Shown here in pieces: positions 7,203-15,334 of a stretch of 32,000 nucleotides of DNA. A program made the translations under genes and the position numbers. The notes below the pieces were generated by a model. That model ran no database searches. It was not told the DNA's origin and worked only from the letters and a program-made list of their open reading frames with translations. This stretch comes from Candidatus Saccharimonadota bacterium (GTDB taxonomy: Bacteria > Patescibacteriota > Patescibacteriia > 2-12-FULL-60-25): the NCBI GenBank assembly GCA_023898425.1, contig CP060222.1, positions 630,001 to 662,000 of the forward strand, read 5' to 3'. Position 1 is the stretch's first letter. The number at the start of each line of letters is the position of its first letter.

Positions 7203-9209
7203 TTAACGAATAGCGTCGATTTTACGGACCTTGGATTCTTCGATGTAGGCATCGAGAATATCGCCTACAAGGATTTTTGCTTTACCTGCATAACTGAGAC
7301 CGCACTCGGTACCCGCAGAAGCTTCTTTTGTCGCAGACTGACCCGATTGAAGAGATTCAATCTTACCTTCACCGATAATCTCTTCGCCGCGCCAAATGCG
7401 TAATTTAGCGCCTTTTACCAACTTACCTTCTTTGACACGCATACCAAGAACCATGCGGCCCGGTTCGGTGCGGAAGATTGCACCAACCTCACCTTTACCA
7501 ACATCAACGATTGTAACTTCTTTTGGTAATAGCTCGTTTAAACGAACAACCGCATCATCAAATAAGTCGTAAATAACTTTTGTTGAAATAATCTCAACGT
7601 CTTTTTCACGTGCCGCAACAGCAACCGCTGTAGGAATGGCGGTATTAAAGGCATACACAACCGATGGCTTTGCATTTGCTGCGCGCTCGATATCTGCCTC
7701 GGTGATATTACCTAAACCTTTTTGAATCACGGTCAAATCCACCGCCTCGTGTTGGAAACGCTCAAGAACACCAAGAATCGCTTCTAATGAACCAAGGACA
7801 TCTGATTTTAAGACAATGTTTAACGTTGGTTTTTTCTCTTCGTCCTCATTTACTGCTTGTTTTGTCGCCGTAAATGATTCGACAGATTGTCGTACAACCG
7901 CTTTTACTTTTTTCGACTCAAGCGTACTTGGGTCTTTTGGAATCTCAATAATATCACCAACCGATGGCGCTGCTTTGAACCCAAGGATTTTTACTGGCAT
8001 ACCTGGAGTTGCTTCTTCAAGTACGTTTCCGTTCCAATCCTTCATCATGCGCACACGTCCATAGGCATTACCATTAATACCAATCGTGTCATTACGCTTA
8101 AGCGTACCGTTTTGTACGATAGCGGTTGCTACTGGTCCCTCACCTTTATCTACGTGAGCTTCGATAACGGTACCTGCAGCGAGTGCATTTGGATTTGCAC
8201 GGATACGATCTTGCTCAACATCAGCGACCAATAAAACCAAGTCCAAAAGCTCATCAATACCTGTGCCATTTTTTGCAGAGATTTTTGCCATTGGAACCTT
8301 GCCACCCCACTCTTCTACCGTGATACCAATTTCTGCAAGTTGACCAAGGACACGATTTGGATCTGCGTCTTCTTTATCAATTTTGTTAATGCCACAACAA
8401 AAGGAAGTTTTTGCTTGGATAATGCTTGCTGCTTCTTTTGTTTGAGGCTGGACACCATCATCCGCAGCAACAACAAGAATAGCGATATCAGCAACCTTTG
8501 CACCACGTGATCGCATAACCGTAAAAGCCTCGTGACCAGGAGTATCAATAAAGGTCATGAGCTTGCCTTTCTTTTCTACCATGTAAGCACCGATATGCTG
8601 GGTAATGCCACCAGATTCACCCTCCATGATATTTGTTTTACGAATAGCATCGAGCGTGCGTGTTTTACCGTGATCAACGTGACCCATCACAACAACAACT
8701 GGCGGACGTGCAACGAGCACATCTTTATCTTGTTGTGTAAGAATTTCTTTAAGACGATCTTCGCTTTCGGTGTTTTGTGCTAGCTCTGCTTCTGTTTCGT
8801 TTTGACTCAACGTTTTAAAACCGAGCTCCTCAGCAATAATAGACGCGGTTGTAAAATCGATGCGTTCATTTTGTGAAGCGAGAATACCTGCCTTCATCAA
8901 TTGTTGAATAACACGAGTCACCGGCATGCCAAGCAACCCTGCAAAATCACGAACAGAAATAACAGAAGGCAATGCAACCTCTTTTGGCTTACCATCAGCA
9001 TCGGTCGCGGCAACAACCTGCTGTTTATTATAGTTGTCACGAAAACGTTCACGACGAGAGTTTTCTAACCATTTTTTATACATCTGATCGGCGGTGCGAT
9101 CATCGATTTTGATAGCGCGTGCACCAATGTCAAAGCCAAGCTCTGGGAGTTTGGCGAGCAATTGCTGCGGAGTTACGCGTAGACGACGTGCGAGTTCAGT
9201 AACGTTCAT
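7203..9209 (-). CDS. infB: Translation initiation factor IF-2
   Basis: 668 aa. G-domain motifs are GHVDHGKT, DTPGHEAF and NKIDK. The N-terminus is MNVTELARRLRVTPQQLLAKL, and typical IF-2 domains II through C2 follow. Confidence 0.97.
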   Translation of the reverse strand: MNVTELARRLRVTPQQLLAKLPELGFDIGARAIKIDDRTADQMYKKWLENSRRERFRDNYNKQQVVAATDADGKPKEVALPSVISVRDFAGLLGMPVTRVIQQLMKAGILASQNERIDFTTASIIAEELGFKTLSQNETEAELAQNTESEDRLKEILTQQDKDVLVARPPVVVVMGHVDHGKTRTLDAIRKTNIMEGESGGITQHIGAYMVEKKGKLMTFIDTPGHEAFTVMRSRGAKVADIAILVVAADDGVQPQTKEAASIIQAKTSFCCGINKIDKEDADPNRVLGQLAEIGITVEEWGGKVPMAKISAKNGTGIDELLDLVLLVADVEQDRIRANPNALAAGTVIEAHVDKGEGPVATAIVQNGTLKRNDTIGINGNAYGRVRMMKDWNGNVLEEATPGMPVKILGFKAAPSVGDIIEIPKDPSTLESKKVKAVVRQSVESFTATKQAVNEDEEKKPTLNIVLKSDVLGSLEAILGVLERFQHEAVDLTVIQKGLGNITEADIERAANAKPSVVYAFNTAIPTAVAVAAREKDVEIISTKVIYDLFDDAVVRLNELLPKEVTIVDVGKGEVGAIFRTEPGRMVLGMRVKEGKLVKGAKLRIWRGEEIIGEGKIESLQSGQSATKEASAGTECGLSYAGKAKILVGDILDAYIEESKVRKIDAIR

Positions 9210-9319
9210 GCCCGCGAGTTTAGGCTTATTTTAGCAAAACGTCAAACGATTTAGCAATAAAATATGTATAAATGTCGTATTCTATTGTCTGTTTAGAGAA
9301 AAAAGGATACATAGAGGCC

Positions 9320-10063
9320 ATGAATCCCCAAGAAACGCTTTCTGGTATTTTACTTGTTGATAAGCCAGCTGGTTGGACTTCGCATGATATCGTTGCCAAA
9401 ATGCGAGGTGTGCTTGGAATTAAGCGCATTGGACATGCTGGCACCCTCGACCCGTTTGCAACCGGACTCGTGATTCTTGGGATCAATAAAGGCACAAAAA
9501 ACCTTGAAAAGCTCATGCATGAAACCAAGGTTTACGAAACGACTATTTTTCTTGGTGCAACAAGTACGACTTTTGATACGGAGGGTGAGATTACACCGAC
9601 GGAACCCACTACAGCAAAACCCCCTGCCCCCACGCATGCGGGGGTTCTGAATGTACCCACACTGGAAGAGATCGAAGAGGCGCTAAATCAATTTCGTGGT
9701 GGGTATGAACAAAAGGCTCCATTATTTTCTGCAAAGCATATAAGGGGCAAGCGCCTTTATGATTTAGCTCGCGAAGGCAAAGCAACTGAAGAGATGCGCC
9801 CAAGCAAACTCGTACGTATCGACGAGATAAAGACTCTCAACTACTCCTATCCAAAGCTAACACTCAAAATCACCTGTGGGAGCGGAACCTATATCCGCTC
9901 TATCGCTGATGACTTGGGTCATGCACTTGGGATTGGTGGCTACTGCCTTACCTTGAGACGCTTGTCTATTGGTCATTACCAAGCAGAGCAAGCTGTAACA
10001 CCGCTAGATGATAGAGAGCATATTTTAGAGAAGCTCTTACCAATAAACGAGATAGAACCATAG
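9320..10063 (+). CDS. truB: tRNA pseudouridine(55) synthase
   Basis: GILLVDKPAGWTSHDIVAKMRGVLGIKRIGHAGTLDPFATGLVILGINKGTK contains the catalytic Asp motif. The start is set at ATG 9320 (MNPQETLSGILLV), preceded by agagg; the track start at 9272 remains possible. Confidence 0.92.
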   Translation: MNPQETLSGILLVDKPAGWTSHDIVAKMRGVLGIKRIGHAGTLDPFATGLVILGINKGTKNLEKLMHETKVYETTIFLGATSTTFDTEGEITPTEPTTAKPPAPTHAGVLNVPTLEEIEEALNQFRGGYEQKAPLFSAKHIRGKRLYDLAREGKATEEMRPSKLVRIDEIKTLNYSYPKLTLKITCGSGTYIRSIADDLGHALGIGGYCLTLRRLSIGHYQAEQAVTPLDDREHILEKLLPINEIEP

Positions 10064-10178
10064 TGGACAATTTGCGTTTCTTTTGCTACTTTTTGATTAA
10101 GAGCCGCTTGATGATTTGGCGCTCCATATTTTAACTTTCACTCCCTTTTTTGGGATTTAGCACTAACAATAGAATTGT

Positions 10179-11714
10179 ATGAACCAAGCCCTTTTTGGGG
10201 CCGGTTTCGTCTTGCTTGGAACAGCGGTCGGAACAGGCATCGGTTATTATCTACGTGAGCAAAAAAGCCTACGTGGACTCGACGAAGCAAAAAAATCCGC
10301 AGAAGAACTTCTTTCTGCAGCTGCCACAAAAGAAACCGAAGTACTCGCAAAAGCAAAAGAAAAAGCTATCAAAATTTTAGAAGACGCGCGTCTCGAGGAG
10401 AAACGCGCTCTTGATGATGTGCGTAAACATCAAGATGCATTACTTGAGCGCGAAGAAAGCATCCATCGCAAACACGAAGATATTGAGAAAGCAAAAACAG
10501 AACTCGAACAATCCAAACAACAGCTCATCGAAAAACACGAGGCGGCAGAAGCGGCGAAAAAAGAGGCTATTGCTGCTGTCGAGCGCGTTGCTGGTCTTAC
10601 AAAAGATCAAGCCGTTGAACACTTGATCAAACGCATTGAGTCCGATCACAACGAAGTGCTCGTTGGACGAATGAAAAAACTCGAAGAACAGGCCGGCGAA
10701 GAACTTGATCGCAAAGCCAAGTCCATCATGTCATTGATTATTCAGAAGCAAGCGTCTTCGCATGTTTCCGAAACAACAACGACACTCGTAGAGCTTCCTT
10801 CAGAAGAAATGAAGGGTCGCATTATTGGTCGTGAAGGTCGTAATATTAAAGCCATCGAATTACTCACTGGCTGTGAGTTGATTATTGATGATACACCTGG
10901 TGCTGTTACGGTTTCTGGTTTCTCCCCTATCCGTCGTCAGGTTGCAAAACGCGCATTACAGAATCTCATTAACGATGGACGTATTCATCCAGGTCGTATC
11001 GAAGAATTCGTCGACATGGCAAAAAAAGATCTTGCCGTGGATATTAAAAAAGCTGGTGAAGACGCCCTCTTTCAAATCGGTATTCCGGTCGGAAGCATTG
11101 ATCCGAAGTTTACACAGATTGTTGGTCGCTTAAAATTTCGTACGAGCTATGGTCAGAATGCTCTAATGCACTCGCTTGAAGTTGCACAACTCTCAGGATT
11201 ACTCGCCGAAGAATTAGGCGCTGATGTTTCGGTCTGTAAAATGGGTGGACTCTTTCATGATGTCGGTAAAGCCGTTGATCACGATATGCAAGGCTCACAT
11301 CCAGAACTCGGTTATCAGATCATGAAAAAATATGGATTCCCAGAAGAGATTTGCTATCAATCAATCGGGCATCATGAAGACAATCCAAAAACACTTGAGG
11401 CTATTATCGTAAAAGCCGCTGATGCTATTTCGGGAGCGCGTCCAGGTGCGCGTAAAGATTCTCTTGAATTCTATGTGAAGCGTCTTAAAGATCTTGAGCA
11501 GGCAGCTATGTCGTTTGAAGGCGTTGAGAAAGTCTATGCCATTCAAGCAGGTCGCGAGATTCGTGTCTTTGTAAATCCAACGGCTATCGATGATTACTCG
11601 GCAGCAAAACTTGCTCGCGCGATTGCCAAAAAGATTGAATCTGAAATGAAGTTTCCTGGCGAAGTACGTGTGACGGTTATTCGCGAAACACGCACAATCG
11701 AATACGCACGATAA
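10179..11714 (+). CDS. rny: Ribonuclease Y
   Basis: It has an N-terminal TM, a long K/E-rich coiled coil, a KH domain (GRIIGREGRNIKAIE) and an HD domain (LFHDVGKA, IGHHE). Confidence 0.93.
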   Translation: MNQALFGAGFVLLGTAVGTGIGYYLREQKSLRGLDEAKKSAEELLSAAATKETEVLAKAKEKAIKILEDARLEEKRALDDVRKHQDALLEREESIHRKHEDIEKAKTELEQSKQQLIEKHEAAEAAKKEAIAAVERVAGLTKDQAVEHLIKRIESDHNEVLVGRMKKLEEQAGEELDRKAKSIMSLIIQKQASSHVSETTTTLVELPSEEMKGRIIGREGRNIKAIELLTGCELIIDDTPGAVTVSGFSPIRRQVAKRALQNLINDGRIHPGRIEEFVDMAKKDLAVDIKKAGEDALFQIGIPVGSIDPKFTQIVGRLKFRTSYGQNALMHSLEVAQLSGLLAEELGADVSVCKMGGLFHDVGKAVDHDMQGSHPELGYQIMKKYGFPEEICYQSIGHHEDNPKTLEAIIVKAADAISGARPGARKDSLEFYVKRLKDLEQAAMSFEGVEKVYAIQAGREIRVFVNPTAIDDYSAAKLARAIAKKIESEMKFPGEVRVTVIRETRTIEYAR

Positions 11715-11795
11715 TAAAATATCGAGCGTATTTGCTCAGTTGAGCCAAATTTTGTATTATTGCTTTATCAATCATTGTTCTTCAAAAACTCGCAT

Positions 11796-12110
11796 ATGAA
11801 CAAGGCAGAACTTATTTCTTATTTATCCGATACCGTAGGTATCAGCAAAAAACAATCCGAAGACTCCATCGAGGCTATTGTTGATATCATCACCAAAACT
11901 CTACAAGATGGCAGAGAGGTGAATATCGCTGGATTTGGTGCCTTTATGGCCAAGACTCGCAAAGCACGCATGGGTGTCAATCCACAAAACCCGACAGAAA
12001 AAATCCACATCGACGAAGTACGTGTACCAAAGTTTAAAGCAGGCAAAGGACTCAAAGATGCATTGAAAAAAACCGATGCCCCTGTTGAACCTCCTGCTCC
12101 AACCTTGTAG
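11796..12110 (+). CDS. hup: HU-family DNA-binding protein with a short Pro-rich C-terminal tail
   Basis: MNKAELISYLSD...IAGFGAFMAKTRKARMGVNPQNPTEKIHIDEVRVPKFKAGKGLKDAL. The start is at the internal ATG 11796; the track start at 11760 is a TTG. Confidence 0.9.
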   Translation: MNKAELISYLSDTVGISKKQSEDSIEAIVDIITKTLQDGREVNIAGFGAFMAKTRKARMGVNPQNPTEKIHIDEVRVPKFKAGKGLKDALKKTDAPVEPPAPTL

Positions 12111-12111
12111 C

Positions 12112-12144
12112 AAAAAACACCTCCAGTGCTGGAGGTGTTTTTTT
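12112..12144. terminator. Bidirectional intrinsic terminator between hup and proS
   Basis: aaaaaacacctcc-agtgct-ggaggtgttttttt is a GC stem flanked by an A-run and a T-run. It sits between convergent genes. Confidence 0.75.
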
Positions 12145-12154
12145 GCTAAGGTTT

Positions 12155-13426
12155 TTATTGCGCCATCACGGTGCTTACGGCTTCTTGAATATCTTCTAGA
12201 GCAACAAGGGCTGCTTCTTTTTCTGCACGCAACTTCCATTCAACCGCTTCTTGCGTAAGTGTTTTTTCTGAAATAACGAGACGTAACGGAAGACCGATTA
12301 AATCTGCGTCAGCAAATTTTTCACCAGCACTTACATCCGTACGATCATCCCACAGCACTTCAATGTCTTGTGCCCACAATGCTTCGTAAAGCTCTTGTGA
12401 CGCTTGCCAAACCCGTTCTTGGACTTCTGGGTCTTTGTTCGAAAGACTTACGAGGTGTACGTGATATGGTGCTACCGTGGCTGGCCACATCATACCGCGG
12501 TCATCATGCATCGCCTCTACGATCGTACCCACGAGACGCGTTGTACCAATACCGTAACAACCCATCTTCGCGATAATACGCTCACCATCTTCTGCAGTAA
12601 AAGCAACATCAAAAGCTTCTGAAAAACGCGTACCGAGATCAAAAATATTTCCTACCTCAACACCCGTGTGAAGCTCTAATGGCTGGCCGTTTTCTGGTGA
12701 AGGGTCGCCTTCTTTAAGTTCAGAAATCTCAATATTTTGTGCAAATGTCCCATCGACGGTTGTAAGAATTTTATCTTCACCGGCTGGGGTAATAACCTGA
12801 AACTCGTGAGAAAACTTTTTCGTAAACGCACCGCCCGAAGCTTCAACAACTTTTGCATTTAGCCCACATCGAGAAAAAACGGTGAGATAAGACTGCAATG
12901 CTTGTTCATAAAACGCTTCAAGATCCTCTTGCGTTGCATGAAAAGAATAAAGATCTTTCATGCCAAACTCTCGTCCGCGTAAGACACCGCTTTTTGCACG
13001 CAGCTCATCACGAAACTTTGTTTGAATTTGATACACCGAAAGAGGAAGGTCTTTGTAAGAACGAATGAACTCTTTTATGAGTGGCGTTACGACCTCTTCA
13101 TGCGTTGGGCCGAGTCCATACGTTTTATTTGTTTGACTCTCAATCTTAAACAAGACATCAACACTATCCCAGCGACCTGTTTGGTCCCAGTGTTCTTTTG
13201 ATTGGAGCGCTGGCAATAAGACTTCTTGTGATCCTAATGCATTCATTTCTTCGCGGATGATATTTTCTACCTTACGTAAAACGCGCAAACCTAATGGCAA
13301 CCAAGCATAAACACCCGCCATTTCTTGACGAACAAAACCCGCTTGTAATAAAAATTTTGCATTAATAGAATCCGCGTCATGCGCGACGGATTTAGACGTC
13401 TTTGATACCAATTTCGAGTACAACAT
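12155..13426 (-). CDS. proS: Proline--tRNA ligase, bacterial-like, lacking the INS editing domain
   Basis: MLYSKLVSKTSK...LLQAGFVRQEMAGVYAWLPLG, with class II motif 2 (FRDELRAKSGVLRGREFGMKDLYSF) and motif 3 (GCYGIGTTRLVG). Only about 35 aa lie between SHEF..GED and EVGNIFDLG, where E. coli carries about 180 aa. The start is set at ATG 13426. Confidence 0.93.
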   Translation of the reverse strand: MLYSKLVSKTSKSVAHDADSINAKFLLQAGFVRQEMAGVYAWLPLGLRVLRKVENIIREEMNALGSQEVLLPALQSKEHWDQTGRWDSVDVLFKIESQTNKTYGLGPTHEEVVTPLIKEFIRSYKDLPLSVYQIQTKFRDELRAKSGVLRGREFGMKDLYSFHATQEDLEAFYEQALQSYLTVFSRCGLNAKVVEASGGAFTKKFSHEFQVITPAGEDKILTTVDGTFAQNIEISELKEGDPSPENGQPLELHTGVEVGNIFDLGTRFSEAFDVAFTAEDGERIIAKMGCYGIGTTRLVGTIVEAMHDDRGMMWPATVAPYHVHLVSLSNKDPEVQERVWQASQELYEALWAQDIEVLWDDRTDVSAGEKFADADLIGLPLRLVISEKTLTQEAVEWKLRAEKEAALVALEDIQEAVSTVMAQ

Positions 13427-13497
13427 AGATACGCAAAGCATAACGGCGCGCCAGACTTCGCGCAAGCGAGCGCATGCAGTAGTATAGACTTATCCCT

Positions 13498-14619
13498 ATG
13501 AGCGAATTTCCATCAAATAATAAAAACAGCTCCCCCACAGAAAAAGAAAAACGTTTTGAGCTCAAAACAGGGCTAAAAACCCTTACTTCTTTTCTACATG
13601 AGCAAAAAGGCGAGCCAAATGAGGACGCTGCTTATTTAAATAAAGCCGCTGGAATTATCGCTGTCTTTGACGGTGTTGGAGGTGCCCCTGCCGGACACCT
13701 TGCTTCGCGCGAAGCGAGATCGGTCTTAGATCCGGCATTATCAAATGATCTTATACAGCCGTTTTTTGAGAATATTGAGACGCCTTTAACAGAAGCAAAG
13801 GTAAAGCAAGCAGGTCGAACATTACTTAAGCGCATGACAAGCAAGCTCACCGATCTATCTTCAAATCCTGATCCCGACTTACAAAAAGCTATTTCTGATT
13901 ATGCAGCCAAGCGCTTTTCAAAATCACTACAACGGGAGTTAGATCCTTCAAATCCACAAGACCAAAGTTATTTTGAATTAGCTGCATCTGCCATTAGCAC
14001 AACGGTCTCTATGGCCAAACTTTGGACGAGTGAAGATCATAAGCACTACATCACCACTTTTCAGATTGGTGATAGCTCAGTATATCGCCTACGAAGCGGT
14101 AAGCTCGAAAAAATAACCAAAGACGATTCTTATATCACCTCGCTCGTTGATGCAAAGCTTATTCCAAGCGAAGCAGAATACTCTACACTGACAGCAGACA
14201 ATAAAGAAGCGCCTGATTATATTCAGCTTACAATAAAAACAGACGCTATTAAAAACATGAAGCCTGCCGACCCTAACCTTTTGCATATCATAAATCTTCT
14301 CTTAGACTCACCAGAAGAGATAACCGTAGAAAGCATTCGTCGTTATGTAACACTAAGTATGAATAACAAATTGCGTGGCGCATTAGCAGCACGTATTACA
14401 ACAACAGAAGCGGAAGATGGCGATGTCTTTTTAGCGATGACCGACGGTATTACAGATAATCTAACACATCAAGAAATGACGGATATTATCGAACGTGCAA
14501 AAGGGAGCCCGGAACATATAGCTACCCTTTTAACAACGTTTGCAAACCAACGCTCAATGTCAACTCACCCTCGTGCAAAGTTGGATGATATGACGGTGAG
14601 TGTCATGGCTATCGTATAA
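13498..14619 (+). CDS. PP2C (PPM) family Ser/Thr protein phosphatase, divergent, with extra insertions
   Basis: PPM motifs occur in order: NEDA, IAVFDGVGGAPAGHLAS, TTVSMA, IGDSSVYRL, LAMTDGITDNL and DDMTVSVMAI. Confidence 0.75.
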   Translation: MSEFPSNNKNSSPTEKEKRFELKTGLKTLTSFLHEQKGEPNEDAAYLNKAAGIIAVFDGVGGAPAGHLASREARSVLDPALSNDLIQPFFENIETPLTEAKVKQAGRTLLKRMTSKLTDLSSNPDPDLQKAISDYAAKRFSKSLQRELDPSNPQDQSYFELAASAISTTVSMAKLWTSEDHKHYITTFQIGDSSVYRLRSGKLEKITKDDSYITSLVDAKLIPSEAEYSTLTADNKEAPDYIQLTIKTDAIKNMKPADPNLLHIINLLLDSPEEITVESIRRYVTLSMNNKLRGALAARITTTEAEDGDVFLAMTDGITDNLTHQEMTDIIERAKGSPEHIATLLTTFANQRSMSTHPRAKLDDMTVSVMAIV

Positions 14620-14624
14620 AAATA

Positions 14625-14643
14625 GCCGCCCTTTATGGGCGGC
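14625..14643. terminator. Hairpin between convergent genes (PP2C and the 136-aa ORF)
   Basis: gccgccc-tttat-gggcggc. On the minus strand it is followed by tattttta. Confidence 0.5.
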
Positions 14644-14661
14644 AGCTCAGGAAGCAGGATA

Positions 14662-15072
14662 TTATCCACTAAAGATATTTTCTGGATTTTCACGTAAACG
14701 AAAGTCCGCAGCAGAGTACACATCGCGCATTGTTCGTGCTGTCCCATTATACCGAATTTCTAATTCGCTAAATGGCGTAAACAAACATTCTTCTTTATTT
14801 TTTGACAAAGGCAAAGCATGTCCTAACGTTGGGATAATAGCCGCGATAAGCACATTGCCATTGCGACGCAAAATCCGCAATCGCGAAAGACATGTAAGAC
14901 GATCTTCACCGTCGATATACGGTACAAGTAGATAGATATCATCCCTGAGGATAACAGCTTCTTCGCTCGACATACTCAGGACGATTTGCCATCCTCCATA
15001 TTCATCGGGCCGAATTGCCACATCGCTGATAATATCCAAAACTGGATCTGTATCATTATTTACTGCGGACAT
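14662..15072 (-). CDS. Hypothetical protein (136 aa), no family recognised
   Basis: The internal ATG at 15072 is preceded by GGAGG 6 nt upstream (ctGGAGGtttcgATG). It is followed by the hairpin at 14625-14643. I see no recognisable motifs. Confidence 0.6.
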   Translation of the reverse strand: MSAVNNDTDPVLDIISDVAIRPDEYGGWQIVLSMSSEEAVILRDDIYLLVPYIDGEDRLTCLSRLRILRRNGNVLIAAIIPTLGHALPLSKNKEECLFTPFSELEIRYNGTARTMRDVYSAADFRLRENPENIFSG

Positions 15073-15146
15073 CGAAACCTCCAGAACGTTTGAACGCAGG
15101 AAACATATCAAAATAGGCGTTTTTGTCAATAAAGCTTCATTTCGAC

Positions 15147-15175
15147 TTTACAAATCACAAGCGACTACCTATAAT
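15147..15175 (+). promoter_or_regulatory. Sigma70-type promoter for tRNA-Lys (TTTACA-17 nt-TATAAT)
   Basis: TTTACA lies at 15147-15152, followed by a 17-nt spacer and a perfect TATAAT at 15170-15175. This is 15 nt upstream of the tRNA 5' end. Confidence 0.6.
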
Positions 15176-15190
15176 CCGGTCACAATTATT

Positions 15191-15267
15191 GGATTGGTAG
15201 CTCAATCGGTTAGAGCAGAGGCCTCTTAAGCCTAAGGTTCTGGGTTCGATTCCCAGCCGATCCACCA
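15191..15267 (+). tRNA. tRNA-Lys (anticodon CUU), CCA encoded
   Basis: Manual cloverleaf: acceptor GGATTGG/CCGATCC, D arm GCTC/GAGC, anticodon loop CTCTTAA, T arm CTGGG-TTCGATT-CCCAG, discriminator A, then CCA. Confidence 0.95.
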
Positions 15268-15270
15268 CGT

Positions 15271-15299
15271 AAAAACCGCAGGAAAACCTGCGGTTTTTC
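15271..15299. terminator. Bidirectional intrinsic terminator (tRNA-Lys and ileS)
   Basis: aaaaaccgcagg-aaaa-cctgcggttttt is flanked by A and T runs. It sits between convergent transcription units. Confidence 0.75.
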
Positions 15300-15334
15300 T
15301 TTGCGGTTCACGTGGCGGGGCCACCTGAATACAC

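Noticed and set aside
7133-7252. N-terminal 40-aa extension of the thioredoxin ORF.
   Set aside because: It would be translated through the infB terminator hairpin (7173-7200) and overlap infB. The thioredoxin fold starts at the internal Met (7132).
9226-9637. Minus-strand ORFs of 100 and 95 aa overlapping the truB 5' region.
   Set aside because: They are antisense to the well-supported truB gene and have no ribosome-binding site or motifs.
10157-10164. TTAGCACT upstream of rny resembles a CIRCE half-site (TTAGCACTC-N9-GAGTGCTAA).
   Set aside because: No inverted partner lies at the required spacing, and rny is not a heat-shock gene. The hsp20 upstream region has no such element either.
14600-14935. 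111-aa plus-strand ORF.
   Set aside because: It is antisense to the 136-aa minus-strand gene, which has a strong GGAGG ribosome-binding site. It starts inside the PP2C gene's 3' end and runs across the hairpin, and it has no motifs.
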